The notes under the pieces: model-generated
What the model was told of the DNA's origin: nothing
Databases searched by the model: none
Seen by the model: only the letters and a program-made list of their open reading frames with translations
Part shown: in pieces, positions 18,551 through 43,482 of the stretch
Numbering within the stretch: position 1 is the stretch's first letter
How the letters are laid out: each line of letters opens with the position of its first letter
Position numbers and translations under genes: made by a program
Assembly (NCBI RefSeq): GCF_035084215.1
Contig: NC_090364.1
Location: forward strand, 4,402,001 to 4,466,000
DNA: 64,000 bases
Direction: 5' to 3'
Source: Heptranchias perlo
Taxonomy: Eukaryota

Positions 18551-21001
18551 TAAATTGTATGCAGGAATAAATCTTATTGTTTTGTGCTCCTGTTTATTCA
18601 GTAGAAGATGGGAGGTCTCACACCCTGGACTATATGATGACTTGTCTGACTTTTTATACAGACTGAGACCTGGGCTCTTGATGTGGAATGTGGTAGTAAC
18701 TGTAAATTAAACAGTGAACATTAGACTGGTTTTGTATCCTTGTTAAAATTTTGAGCTGTTGCTTATTCATTAGTAATTTAATTTGCTTTATATCTAACAC
18801 GAACTATATTGGCCTGTTTGACACTGTCTCACATAATGAGACATTCGGACAGGTGAGCAGGAGGGAGGAAATGCCAAAGCTCAGAAGTGAGGCAGCTGCA
18901 TACAAGTAACTGTTCCCATTGGTCATGAACATCCTCTCTCTCCCCTGACCATTAATGTTAACTATCCACCTGCCAATCAGCTGCTGTAATTTTTTTGTTA
19001 AACCACAATGCCAGTGAATTAGTGTTGCACCATTTCAGTCCAATGTTCAACCTGTAAGAATGGTATTTGCCCTGGGAATAGTAGTGCAGGTCTTTTTACT
19101 TAAAAAAAAGTAAAATGCTATAGATCTTCTGTTACTAATTAGAGGGAGCTCACTCAATGAAACTCATCACTGCTGTTATAGACTCTGAAAGTTTGTGAGC
19201 AAAGTAGCACATGATGGTTCTACAGAACCAGTAGTGTCTAAATTCACTGTGAGCTCCCTGAACTCATGCAACCAATGGGCTTAGACTTGGGTGAGCCGCC
19301 AATAACAACAATTGCTCTTGGGTGGAAGTGTAGATTCTGGGGGTGGTGAGTTGTGATTTTTTTTTTTCATTCTTCCACCACCCCCAAATGGACAATTTTC
19401 TACCTCCTTTTCCCCCCTCGACCCTAAACCTGCCTATCTAACCCAACATGTGCAAGAAATTGGGTGAAGTAGTGGAGGGAGAATAATCCCAGTGCCACTG
19501 AAGTCAAGCAAAATGCAATCTTACAGGAAGGAGCAAATATTTCATTCAATGCACATCTTGAAACACCAAGTTAACTGCAACTAGTTCACCTGGGGGAAAA
19601 ACTTCTCGAAACCCCCTACACTGTTCCACTAATTCATAAACCTAATACAAGCAATTCCTCCATGAATGTAACAATTTGACTTTCAGCCCATTGTGCATTG
19701 CATTCCACATACTCACCATCCTTTCCAAATCCTGATGGTTCTCCATTTGTCTCCTTCACCCCCATGAATGGATTCAAATGTTGATGCTGCAGCTGTAATT
19801 ATCCAGTGTTTACAATTCAAGTTTTGGATCTTAATTGTGAACTGCACTGGGTGTGATGGAATTGCAGTCTTCAGTCATTCCACGTTAATGTCTTTGAATC
19901 TCTCAAAGCACTTTTGGCGGATCAATGTCACCACATTTCATACGTTGCTGAGCCACGATTGTACGAGTCGGTGTGGATTTGTTGACTGGTTTCATGACTT
20001 CATATTTCAGACAAAAAGTTTTCAGCTCGCTCTGTGCTGAATCTGGATGTGGATCAGCTGCAAACATTCCCCACACTGAGGTCACAACTGGGCTAATGGG
20101 AGTTAACTGTTTACAACTCACAAAAAATTTTGATCAAAGTTCACCCCACTCCGTGCTGATACGTTTCCTACAGTCTGACCACAAAGAAGCGCGGCCAATG
20201 AAGTACATTTGAAGTGTTGTAATGTAGAAGTGAATTTGCCCACAGGAAGATCCCACAAACAGCAATGAAATAAAGACCAGATAATCTGTTTGAGTGATGT
20301 TGGTTGAGAGAGAAACATTGGCCAAGACACTGGGGAGAACTCCCCTGCTCTTCCTCAAAATAGTGCTTAGGAACATTTTACATCTACCTGAGAGGGCAGA
20401 CTGGGCCTCTGTTTAATGAAAGACTCTATCTCCGACACTGCAGCACTCCCACAGTCAGCCTAGACTTTTTCCTCAAGTCTATCGATTGGCACTTGAACCC
20501 ATAACCTTCTGACTCTGAGGTGAGAGTGCAACGACTGAGCCACAGCTGACACAAATGGAGATGTTTGTGTGGGTGACATTGCATTCAGTAATCTTCACTC
20601 CCTCTCATTCTCGCTGAATATCCTGAAGTTTACCAAACAACATTTCATGAGAATCAAAACCAAAAATGATACATCCCACAATGCTTTGCCCAGTTGATGC
20701 CCCCATGCTGCCAATCCTCAGACACACCCATTCTCTATATTAGAACTGGGGACGATTCACACCATCCATGGGATGAAATTTCCATGTCTCTGTCCAATGG
20801 TTGGTTTGCAAATTCACTCAAGATGACTTGATTGCATTGAATATTGTCTCAGTGTCACAATTACTTACAAGTAATAAACTTGGCCAGATTATGAAAAGCA
20901 ACTTCAGTGAAAATATTAAATTATCAAATAATTCAAAGTTGTGATTCTGAAAGATTTATACAAAGAGGCACTTTTAGGGAGGTCAAAGAACCCAAAAAGC
21001 A

Positions 21002-21347
21002 TCAAAGGTGACCATCCACAGGTCCTGGCTGGATGCGGCCCGTGGGGGCGGTCGCTCTGACTCTCTGCCTCGCTTCCGCAGCATTCTCTGCGCCCGGGTG
21101 GCCCTGGAGAGGGAGCACACGGTGTCTGCTGGTAAACTTGAGGCTTTCCGAGACCGGTGGGAGGCGCAGAGCTCGGAGTACGTCCTCGACTCCGACAATA
21201 AAGTTATGATTTGATTCTGGTTTTGTTGGATTTCGTAATAAAGAAATGAAGGTGACAAAAATACAGGTGACACTGGGTCTAAAGACAGCAACACAAGTGC
21301 CCCATCTTAGAATTATTTTAGTCAAACAGAAGAAAAGAGGGAAAAAC
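21002..21347 (+). mobile_element. Tx1-like 3' relic upstream of copy 5 with 13-bp TSD
   Basis: TIHRSWLD..ARVALEREHTVSAGKLEAFRDRW, flanked by AACCCAAAAAGCA at 20989-21001 and 21348-21360. Confidence 0.85.
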
Positions 21348-21642
21348 AACCCAAAAAGCAGTGACATCACCGAGACCAATCACCCAAACCAGCCTGTATT
21401 CCAAAGCTCTGATTGGCTCTGGGTATCAACCCCTCCCCCACACCCCCTCTCCTTTGTTAATTGGTGCCTGGATTTATGGAAGATTCCTGATTGGCTATCA
21501 GGGATTGTCAATCATCATTGGTGATGTCATTCCTTGCTCAAATGGAGGCTGTCCCAATAGTATAAATACAAGAGCTTGTGAATGAAGAGGGTAGTTCTAG
21601 AATTGTCCAGGTGATAGTGAAGAGTGATAACAGAAATAGATG

Positions 21643-24039
<2,397 letters not shown>

Positions 24040-26558
24040 ACTGACTGCAGGGATAAAGCTTATTGTCTCGTGCTCCTGTTTATATAGTTGTGAGGACCTC
24101 ACCTTTACCAATCCTGTAGCAGTGATGACTTTTGTGACTTTGTATAAAGCTGCGATCTGGGCTCTTGATGTGAAATGTAATAGTAACTGTCAATAAACTG
24201 TAACATTGAACTGGAGACATCATAAAGTGAGTGGTGGCTTAAACTGAAAAATAACAGACTTCAGTTTATGTTGAACAAGAATTACACTGGGCTGTGGAAC
24301 AACTTCATGGGATTCAGTCCTGTGTAAATGTTTTTCTTTCTCCTTCTTCCACGCCCCCGCCCCCCCCACCACTCTCTGGAATAATTCTAATTTATTGACT
24401 TGAATGTTCAGGGTCTCATGGTGAGGATCTACCGTCAATTCTGTGTGTACCTTGAATGCAAATTGTATTTGAAACCAGCAGTGAAGAGCAATGCTGTGAT
24501 ACAAGTTCCTGATCGTACTGGTGATGAATATTCTCTTTGCATGAATTACAACTCTCTTTCCAAAACCCACCCCACTACAACAAAATATCAGCTGCTAAAA
24601 CATTGTGTGTTGTTAAATCAGCAGGGCAGTGAAGTAATGTTAAACCATATCAATCCAATGTACAATTCTATTTAAGAAAAGTATCGACCCTAAGATGAGT
24701 AGGTTAGGATTTTATTAAATTAAGTGGTTACAGATCTCATTCAGGTAGCACTGTGGGATACACAGGAAGTAGTTCATTAAATCAAACTCATCATTGCTAC
24801 TAAAGGCCTTCGAGTAAACTTTGTGGTCAGACCAGTACTGTGTGAACTCATAGTACTAAGGGACCTACAATTGGGGGAGGGAATTAACCAGGATTGGTAC
24901 ATTTGCTCACTATCCACTGGCCTCTTAAGGCAAAGTATGGATTCCCCAGGGGGAAAGATTGGCCCTCGGTTTGGAGGGCTTCTTTCTTTCCTCCACCGCG
25001 GGCCTGCCCCCACAAATGATTGAATAACCTGTGAATGCTCTTGGCTCATGTAAATAAGCAATGGGGTTCGGTACTGAAGGGGGAGTAATACCTGTGGGAC
25101 TAACTATACTCCAGCAAAATATAATCCTTCTGGAAGGAGTAAAAATATTGAAATGCACAAAACAAAATTTAAACCAAGTTAAATAGATATTTTGCCTGAA
25201 ACTCATCCACATCCCTGGTCCATCAATTCATAAACACAATACGACCAGCTCCTCCATAAATAGATCAATTTGCCTTTAGTTCCATTGTGCATTTCATATC
25301 AAATTGTAATCATCCTTTCCAAATCCTATTGGTTTTCCATTTGTCTCCTTCACCCCGATGAATGGATTCAAATGTTGATGCTGATGCTGTAATTATCCAG
25401 TGTTTCCAAGTGAAGTTTAGGAACTTAGTTGTGAACTGCACTGGGTGTGATGGAATTGCAGTCTTCAGTCTTCAGTCATTCCACGTTAATGTCTTTCCAT
25501 TTCTCAAACACTTTTGGGGGAACAACATTTCATACGTTGGTGAGTCACATTTCCAGCTGTTGGTTGGATTTGCTGACGGCTTCATATTTTGAGCAAAAAG
25601 TCTTCAGCTCACTCTGTGCTGGATGTGGATCAGCTGCAAACATTCCCCACGTGGAGATCTCAACCGGGCTGTTCACACCTCATAAAAAAAATTAGGTCAA
25701 TATTCACCTCGTTCCGTGCTGATACATTTCCTACAAAGAAGTGCGGCCAATAAAGTAACTGTTGTAATGTAGAAGTGAATTTGCCCACAGCAATATCCCA
25801 CAAACAGCAATGAAATAAAGACCAGATAATCTGTTTTAGTGATGTTGGTTGAGGGAGCAATATTGGCCAAGACAGTGGGGAGAACTCCCCTGCTCTTCCT
25901 CAAAACCATGCCAAGGGATCTTTTACATCCACCCGAGAGGGCAGACAGGGCCTCGGTTTAATGTCTCATCTGAAAGATGACATCTCTGACAGTGCATCGC
26001 TCCCTCAGCTCAGCTTAGATTTTGTCCTCAAGTCTATAGATTGAGACTTGAACCCACAACCTTCTGACTCTGAGGTGAGAGTGCTGCCACTGAGCCACAG
26101 CTGACACAAATGGGGATGTTTGTGTGGGTGACATTGCATTCAGTAATCTTCACTCCCTCTCATTCTCGCTGAATATCCTGAATTTTACCAAACAACATTT
26201 CATGAGAATTAAAACCAAAACAATGACACATCCCACAATGCTTTGCCCAGTTGATGCCCCCATGCTGCCAATCCTCAGACACACCCATTCTCGATATTAG
26301 AACTGGGGACGATTCACACCATCCATGGGATGGAATTTCCATGTCTCTGTCCAATGGTTGGTTTACAAATTCACTCAAGATGACTTGATTGCGTTGAATA
26401 TTGTCTCAGTGTCACAATTACTTACAAGTAATAAACTTGGCCAGATTATGAAAAGCAACTTCAGTGAAAATATTAAATTATCAAATAATTCAAAGTTATG
26501 ATTCTGAAAGATTTATACAAAGAGGCACATTTAGGGAGGTCAAAGAACCCAAAAAGCA

Positions 26559-26903
26559 TCAAAGGTGACCATCCACAGGTCCTGGCTGGATGCGGCCCGT
26601 GGGGGCGGTCGCTCCGACTCTCTGCCTCGCTCCGCAGCATTCTCTGCGCCCGGGTGGCCCTGGAGAGGGAGCACACGGTGTCTGCTGGTAAACTTGAGGC
26701 TTTCCGAGACCGGTGGGAGGCGCAGAGCTCGGAGTACGTCCTCGACTCCGACAATAAAGTTATGATTTGATTCTGGTTTTGTTGGATTTCGTAATAAAGA
26801 AATGAAGGTGACAAAAATACAGGTGACACTGGGTCTCAAGACAGAAACACAAGTGCCCCATCTTAGAATTATTTTAGTCAAACAGAAGAAAAGAGGGAAA
26901 AAC
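26559..26903 (+). mobile_element. Tx1-like 3' relic upstream of copy 6 with 13-bp TSD
   Basis: Near-identical to 21002-21347, with AACCCAAAAAGCA on both sides. Confidence 0.85.
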
Positions 26904-27198
26904 AACCCAAAAAGCAGTGACATCACCGAGACCAATCACCCAAACCAGCCTGTATTCCAAAGCTCTGATTGGCTCTGGGTATCAACCCCTCCCCCACACC
27001 CCCTCTCCTTTGTTAATTGGTGCCTGGATTTATGGAAGATTCCTGATTGGCTATCAGGGATTGTCAATCATCATTGGTGATGTCATTCCTTGCTCAAATG
27101 TCGGCTGTCCCAATAGTATAAATACAAGAGCTTGTGGGGGAAGAGGGTAGTTCTAGAATTGTCCAGGTGATAGTGAAGAGTGATAACAGAAATAGATG

Positions 27199-29604
<2,406 letters not shown>

Positions 29605-32360
29605 ACTGACTGCAGGGATAAAGCTTATTGTCTCGTGCTCCTGTTTATATAGTTGTGAGGACCTCACCTTTACCAATCCTGTAGTAGTGATTATTTTTGT
29701 GACATTGTATAAAGCTGCGATCTGGGCTCTTGATGTGAAATGTAATAGTAACTGTCAATAAACTGTAACATTGAACTGGAGACATCATAAAGTGAGTGGT
29801 GGTTTAAACTGGAAAAATAACAGACTTCAGTTTACATTGAACAAGAATTACACTGGGCTGTGGAACAACTTCATGGGCTTCAGTCCTGTGTAAATGTTTT
29901 TCTTTCCCTCCTGGAATAATTCCAATTTATTGACTTGGATGTTCATGGTGAGGATCTAACTTCAATTCTGTGTGTACCTTGAATGCAAATTGTATTTGAA
30001 ACCAGCAATGCTGTGATACAAGTTCCTGTTACTACTAGTGATGAATATTCTCGTTGCATAAATGACAACTCTCTTTTCAAAACCCACCCCACGATAACAA
30101 AATATCAGCTGATGTAACATTATGTGCTATTAAATCACCAGGGCAGTGAGCTAATGTTAAACCATATCAATCCAATGTACAATTCTATTTAAGAAAAGTA
30201 TCTACCTTGAGCTGTGCAGGCTAGGTTTTTAAAGTAAGCGGTTTCAGATCTCATTCAGGTATCAGTGTGGAATACATTGATGGTAGTTTATTAAACCAAA
30301 CTCATTATTGCTGGTAAAGGCCTTTGAGTAAACTTTGTGGTCAGACCAGTACTGTGTGAACTTGTAGGTCCTTCAGGACTATAATTGGGTGAAGGAATCA
30401 ACCAGGATTGGCACATTTGCTTACTATCCACTGGCCTCTTCTGGCAAAGTATGGATTCCCTAGAAGGAAAAGATTGGGGCTAAGTATGGAGGCTTCCTTG
30501 TTCCCATCCCCAATGGTTGAATAACCTGTGAGCACTCTTGACTCACATGAATAAGCAATTCGGTTCGGTACTGAAGGGGGAGTAATACCTGTGGGATTAA
30601 CTATACTCCAGCAAAATGTAATTCTTCTGCAAGGAGTAAAAACATTTAATTAAATGCCCAAAACAAATAATTTAAACCAAGTTAAATAGATATTTTGCCT
30701 AAAACTCATCCACATTGCTATTCCATCAATTCATAAACACAATACAACCAGCTCCACTATAAATATATCAATTTGCCTTTAGTTCCATTGTGCATTTCAT
30801 ATCAAATTGTAATCATCCTTTCCAAATCCTGTTGGTTCTCCATTTATCTCCTTCACTTCTATGAGTGGATTCAGATGCTAATGCTGTAATTATCCAACGT
30901 TTACAAGTGAAGTTTAGGAACTTAGTTGTGAACTGCACTGGGTGTGATGGAATTGCAGTCTTCAGTCATTCCACGTTAATGTCTTTCCATCTCTCAAAAA
31001 CACTTTTGGGGGATCAACATTTCATACATTGGTCAGTCACAGTACTCGCTTTGGATTTGCTGATCGGTTTGACGGCTTCATATTTTAAGCAAAATGTCTT
31101 CAGCTCACTCTGTGCTGGATGTGGATCAGCTGCAAACATTTCCCCCACATGGAGGTCTCAACCGGGCTAATGGTTAACTGTTTATACCTCACAAAAAAAA
31201 TTAGATGAATGTTCACCTCGTTCCGTGCTGATACATTTCCTACAGCCTGACTACAAAGAAGTGCGGCCAATGAAGTAACTGTTGTAATGGAGAAGTGAAT
31301 TTGCCCACAGCAAGATCCCACAAACAGCAATGAAATAAAGACCAGATAATCTGTTTTAGTGATGTTGGTTGAGGGATCAATATTTGCCAAGATAGGGGGG
31401 AGAACTCCCCTGCTCTTCCTCAAAATAGTGCTGAGGGATCTTTTACATCTACCCGATAGGGCAGATGGGGCCTCGGTTTAATGTCTCATCTGAAAGACTC
31501 TATCTCTGACAGTGCATCGCTCCCTCAGCTCAGCTTAGACTTTGTCCTCAAATCGATTGAGTGGGACTTGAACCCACAAACTTCTGACTCTGAGGTGAGA
31601 GTGCTACCACTGAGCCACAGCTGACACAAATGGAGATGTTTGTGTGGGTGACATTGCATTCAGCAATCTTCACTCCCTCTCATTCTCGCTGAATATCCTG
31701 AATTTTACCAAACAACATTTCATGAGAATCAAAACTAAAAATGACACATCCCACAATGCTTTGCCCAGTTGATGCCCCCATGCTGCCAATCCTCAGACAC
31801 ACCCATTCTCTATATTAGAACTGGGGACGATTCACACCATCCATGGGATGGAATTTCCATTTCTCTGTCCAATGGTTGGTTTGCAAATTCACTCAAGACT
31901 ACTTGTTTCCTCTGAATATTGTCTCAGCGTCACAATTACTGACAAGTAATAAACTTGACCAGATTAAGAAAAGCCACTCTGGTGAAAATAGCAAATTATT
32001 ATCAAATAATTCAAAGTTGCCATTTCGAGAGATTGAAACAAAGAGAAACTTTCAGATTTGAGGAAATTCAAAGACCCCAAAAGCAGTGACATCACCGAGA
32101 CTGATTATCCAAATCGGCCTGTATTCCAAACCTCTGATTGGCTCTGGGTATCAACCCCTCCCCACACTGCCTCTCTGTTAATTGGTTCAATGGACGATTC
32201 CTGATTGGCTATTAGGGATTGTCAATCATCATTGGTGATGCCATTGCTGACCAAAATGCAGGCAATCCCAGTCATATAAATACAAGAGCTTGTGAGAGAA
32301 GAGGTTAGTTTGAGAACTTCTTGAGTAATAGTTGAAAGTACTAATATTGAAATAGTGATA

Positions 32361-34698
<2,338 letters not shown>

Positions 34699-36236
34699 AC
34701 TGACTGCAGGAATAAAGCTTTGGTCGTGCTCCTGTTTATATAATGTGTGCGAGACCCCCATCCTGTCGCAGTGATTACTTTTGTGACTTTGTACAAAGCT
34801 GAGACCTGGGGTCTTGATTTGAAATGTAATCGTAACTGGAAATAAACTGTTAACATTGAACTGGATTTTGTTGTGTAATAACTTGGAAAAATAAGCAATC
34901 ACTTAATTTAACATTTAGTTTCTGTCAAACAAGAATTACACTAGGCTGTGGAACAACTTCATGGGATTAAGACCTTGTAAAGTTTTTTCCCCTGCTGGGG
35001 TCATTCCAATTTATTGACTTTGATGTTCAGGGCCACATGTTGAAGATCTAATTTTAATTCTGTGTACCTTGATTGTATTTGTGCATTTCAAACATTGCTC
35101 TTCACTGCTGGTTTGAATGCAATGCTGTGATACAAGTTATTGCTACCATTGGTGATGAATATTCTCCTTGCAAAAATGGCAACTTTCTTTAACCCCTCCG
35201 TGCAACAAAATATCAGCTGCTGTAATGTTTTTCCCTGGTTAAAAACACCAAGGAAGTGTGCTAGTGTTAAATAATTTCAGTCCAATGAACAATCCTATCT
35301 GCCCATGGATGAGGTGTTTATTAAGTGTTTTTAAATAAAGCTGCTCCAGATCTCATTCAGTTATTACTGTGGGATACACTGGAGGTAGCTCACTCAACCA
35401 AACTCCTCATTTCTGCTGTAGATGGTTGGGCAAGCTGTGTGGTAAAGCAGCAGATAACTGCTATACAGACCAGTATTGTGTGAACTCCTAAAGGTAAGGA
35501 GACTTCCCTTGGGTGAGGAGGGGGGGGCAGTGGTAAAATCAACCAGAATTGCCACATTTGCTAACTATCCACTGACCTCTATGGAGAAAGTATGGATTCC
35601 CAGTGGGGAGAGGATTGGGCTTGGTTCTATGAACTCACTTTCTACTGCCACCACCCCCATGATTAAGCAATTGGGTGAGGGACTCAAGGGAGAGTAATAT
35701 CTGTGGGACTGTACTCCAGTGAAATGTAATCCTTCTGGAAGCAAATAATTTGAATGAAGTTATAGATATTTTGACAAACTCCCACCATATCCCTCTTCTC
35801 AATACAATCAGCTCCTCCATAAATATATCAATTTGTATTTAGTCCTATTGTATATTTCATACCAAATAACAATCATCCTTTCCAAATCCTATTGGTTCTC
35901 CATTTGTCTCTGTCACCTGAATTAATTCAAATATTGATGCTGTAGCTGTGATTATCCAGTGTTTAAAAGTGAAGTTTACAAGCTCAGTTGTGAACTGCAC
36001 TGGGTGCGATGACATTGCAGTCTTCGGTGATTCCACGTTAATGTCTTTGAAAATTCAATGACTTGATTGCATTGAATATTGTCTCAGCATCACAATTACT
36101 TAAAGTAATAAACGACCAGTTTATGAAAAGCCACTTCAGTGGAAATATCAAGTTATTATCAAATAGTTCAAAGTTGTGATTCCGAGAGATTGATACAAAG
36201 AGGCACTTTGAGGGAGGTCACAGAACTCAAAAAGCA

Positions 36237-36548
36237 CCAAAGGTGACCATCCACAGGTCCAGGCTGGACGCGGCACGTGGGGGCGGTCGCTCTGAATCTC
36301 GTCTATCATTCTCTGCGACTGGATGGCCCTGGAGAGGGAGCACGCGGTGTCTGCCGTTATGCTTGAGGCTTTCCGCAACCGGTGGGCTCCGGAGGGATTG
36401 GAGTGCATCCTGGATCAATACAATAAAATTAGAATTTGACACTTATTTTGGGTTTATTGATTTGCTGCACATAAAAACACTCCCTAACCCCCTCCTCCAC
36501 CACTTCTTATAAAAGGGGGGCCGAAAACAAAGAAGAAGAAAAGAAAAC
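36237..36548 (+). mobile_element. Tx1-like 3' relic upstream of copy 8
   Basis: Same type as 15430-15728; 3'UTR CTTCTTATAAAAGGGGGGCC and an A-rich tail. Confidence 0.85.
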
Positions 36549-37113
36549 TAGACGAACCTCACTTATAAAAAGACAACCTAGAGAGAAACAAACTTTCTAT
36601 CTTATTCGTGTTTGGACAATTAGTTCCAAATGGGAAAGTTTATCTGGAGTTTGGAGCCCGTGTGGGGATTCGAGTGATCCATGGCCACAGAGCACCGAGG
36701 GAATGATTGGACCGTCAACCAGCCGGCACCAGTCCCTCAGGACAGTCCCACCGTCCCTTCAGAGCTCACTGACCTGCACAAAAAAAGTGCCCCATCTTAG
36801 AATTATTTTAGTCAAAAAGCATTGATATCACCAAGACCAAACACGCAAGCTCTGATTGGCTCTGGGTATCAATCCCTTCTCCACAATGCCCCTGTCCTTT
36901 GTTTTTTTTCTTTTTTACCCTGTCCATTGTTAATTGGTGCTTGGATTCATAGACGATTCCTGAGTGGTTATCGAGGATTGTCAATCATCATTGGTGATGT
37001 CATTCCTTGCTTCAATGCTGGCTGTCCCAGTCGTATAAATACAAGAGCTTGTGAATGAAGAGGGTAGTTGTAGAACTGTCCAGGTGATAGTGAAAACATA
37101 GGATACAGGAAAG

Positions 37114-39013
<1,900 letters not shown>

Positions 39014-41053
39014 ACTGGCTGCAGGGATAAAGTTTATTAGTGCTCCTGTTCATGTTGTCTTGACACTCCCCCATCCTGTAGCAGTCATGACTTATGTGGC
39101 TTTGTATAAAGAACTGAGACCGGGGCTCTTGTGAAATGTAATAGGAACTGTCAATAAATTGTTGAACTGGATTTTGTTGTCTCAAATTGAGTGGATGCTG
39201 ATTTTTCAGTAACCTAATTTAGTTTACATCTAACAATTACATTGGGCAGTGTAAGAGTCAGTCCATTGTCAATTTAACCCCCCTCCCCTGCCATTCCTGT
39301 AGTAATTCCAATTTATTGACTTGGATGTTGACGATCTAATTTCAATTCTGTGTTTACCTTGAATACTAATAGCACATTCCAATCTTTGCTGGTTTTAATA
39401 CAAGTTACTGTTACCACTGAATATTCTCTTTCCAAAATGGCATCTTCCTTTTTAAACATCCCCAGGACAAGATATCAGCGACTGTAACATTGTGTTAAGC
39501 TCATTTTCTTGATATTTTATGTTAAACCAGATCAGTCCACTGAACAATCCCATTTTTAAAAAGTTATTGCTATGGGATACACTGGAGGGAGCTCATGAAA
39601 CCAAACTCATCATTGCTGCTCTGGGCTTTCCAGTAAGCTTAGTGGTCAAACAATTACAGACCAGTAATGTGAACTCAGTGTACTTGGGGGAGGGAGGCAA
39701 TGAACATTGGCACATTTGCTTTGTATCCACTGGCTTCTTAGGGGACAGTATAGATTCGGTGGAGAAGTTAGGGTTTGATTAAAAACTTTTTTTTTTTGCC
39801 CCATGTGTGCACCCACTGTCCAGGTAAAGAACCTGCAACACTCACTGTTGATCTCATGAGAAGCAATTGAGTAAGGTCCTCATGGGAGAGTAATATCTGT
39901 GCAACTGAAATCCTTTTGGAAGGAGTAAATATATTTCATTGTTTAAATTTGCTTTTTGATTTCAAGTTAAATCGATATTTCTCCTGCAAAATCCTTCCAC
40001 ATCCCTGTCCCATCAATTCATAAACCCAATACAATCAGCTCCTCCCTGAAATGTATCAATTTGTATTTGGTCCTATTGTGCATTTCATACCAAATAGTAA
40101 CCATCCTTTCCAAATCTTATTGGTTCTCCATTTGTCACCTTCAACCCTATGAATGGATCAAATGTTGATGCTGCAGCTGTAATTATCCAGTGTTTACAAG
40201 TGAAGTTTAGGAACTGAGTTGTGAACTGCACTGTTGTAATGTTGGAAACGCAGCAACAAATATGGCCACAGCTAGATCCCACAAACAGCATGAAATATTG
40301 ATTAGATAATCTGTTTTAATTACATTGGTTGAGGGATAAATATTTGCAGAGACACCAGGGAGAACTCCGCTTCTCTCACTCAAATTAGTGCCATGGGATC
40401 TTTTGCATCCTATGTGAGCAGACGGGGCCTCGGTTTAATGTCTCATCCGACTGTACAGCACTCACTCGGTGCTGTGGTGAAGTATCAGCCTGGACTTTGT
40501 GCTCAAGTCCCTAGAGTGGGACTTGAACCCACAACCTTCTGACTCTGAGGTGAGAGTGCTGCCACTGAGCCACAGCTGACACAAATGGAGATGTTTGTGT
40601 GGGTGACATTGCATTCAGTAATCTTCACTCCCTCTCATTCTCGCTGAATATCCTGAATTTTACCAAACAACATTTCATGAGAATCAAACATAAAAATGAC
40701 ACATCCCACAATGCTTTGCCCAGTTGATGCCCCCATGCTGCCAATCCTCAGACACACCCATTCTCTATATTAGAACTGGGGACGATTCACACCATCCATG
40801 GGATGGAATTTCCATTTCTCTGTCCAATGGTTGGTTTGCAAATTCACTCAAGACGACTTGATTGCGTTGAATATTGTCTCATCATCACTGTTACTTGCAA
40901 GTAATAAACTTGACCAGATTATGAAAAGCCACTTCAGTAAAAATGACCAGATTCAGTGAAAATGTCAAATTATTATCAAATAATTCAAAGTTGTGATTCT
41001 GAGAGATTTAAACAAAGAGGCACTATGAGGGAGGTCAAAGGTCCCAAAAAGAA

Positions 41054-41371
41054 CCAAAGGTGACCATCCACAGGTACAAGACGGACACGGCCTGTGGGGG
41101 CGGTCGCTCCGACTCTCGTCCGCAGCATTCTCTGCGCCCACTTGGCCCTGGAGAAGAGCATTCCGTGTCTGCCGTTATGGTTGAGGCTTTCCGCGACTGG
41201 TGGGAGCAGCAGGGACTGGAGCGAATCCTCGACTCTAACAATAAAGTTATAATTTGATTCTGGTTTTGTTTGATATCGTGACAAAGAAAACAAGATGTCT
41301 AAAAAAAAATACAGGTGACACTGGGTCTCAAGACAGTTACACAAGTGCCCCATCTCAGAATTATTTTAGTC
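41054..41371 (+). mobile_element. Tx1-like 3' relic upstream of copy 9
   Basis: TIHRY..GGGRSD..VEAFRDWWEQQGLERILDSNNKVII; same 5' breakpoint as the other + strand relics. Confidence 0.8.
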
Positions 41372-41666
41372 CAAAAAAAAGCAGTGATATCACTGAGACC
41401 AATCACCCAAACCAGCCTGTATTCCAAAGCTCTGATTGGCTCTGGGTATCAACCTCTCCTCCACCACGCCCCTGTCCTTTGTTAATTGGTGCCTGGATTC
41501 ATGGACGATTCCTGATTGGTTATCGGGAATTGTCAATCATCATTGGTGATGTCATTCCTTGCTTCAATGCGGGCTGTCCCAGTAGTATAAATACAAGAGC
41601 TTGTGAGGGAAGTGGGTAGATGTAGAACTATCTAGGTGATAGTGAAAATATAAAGATATAGTGACA

Positions 41667-43482
<1,816 letters not shown>

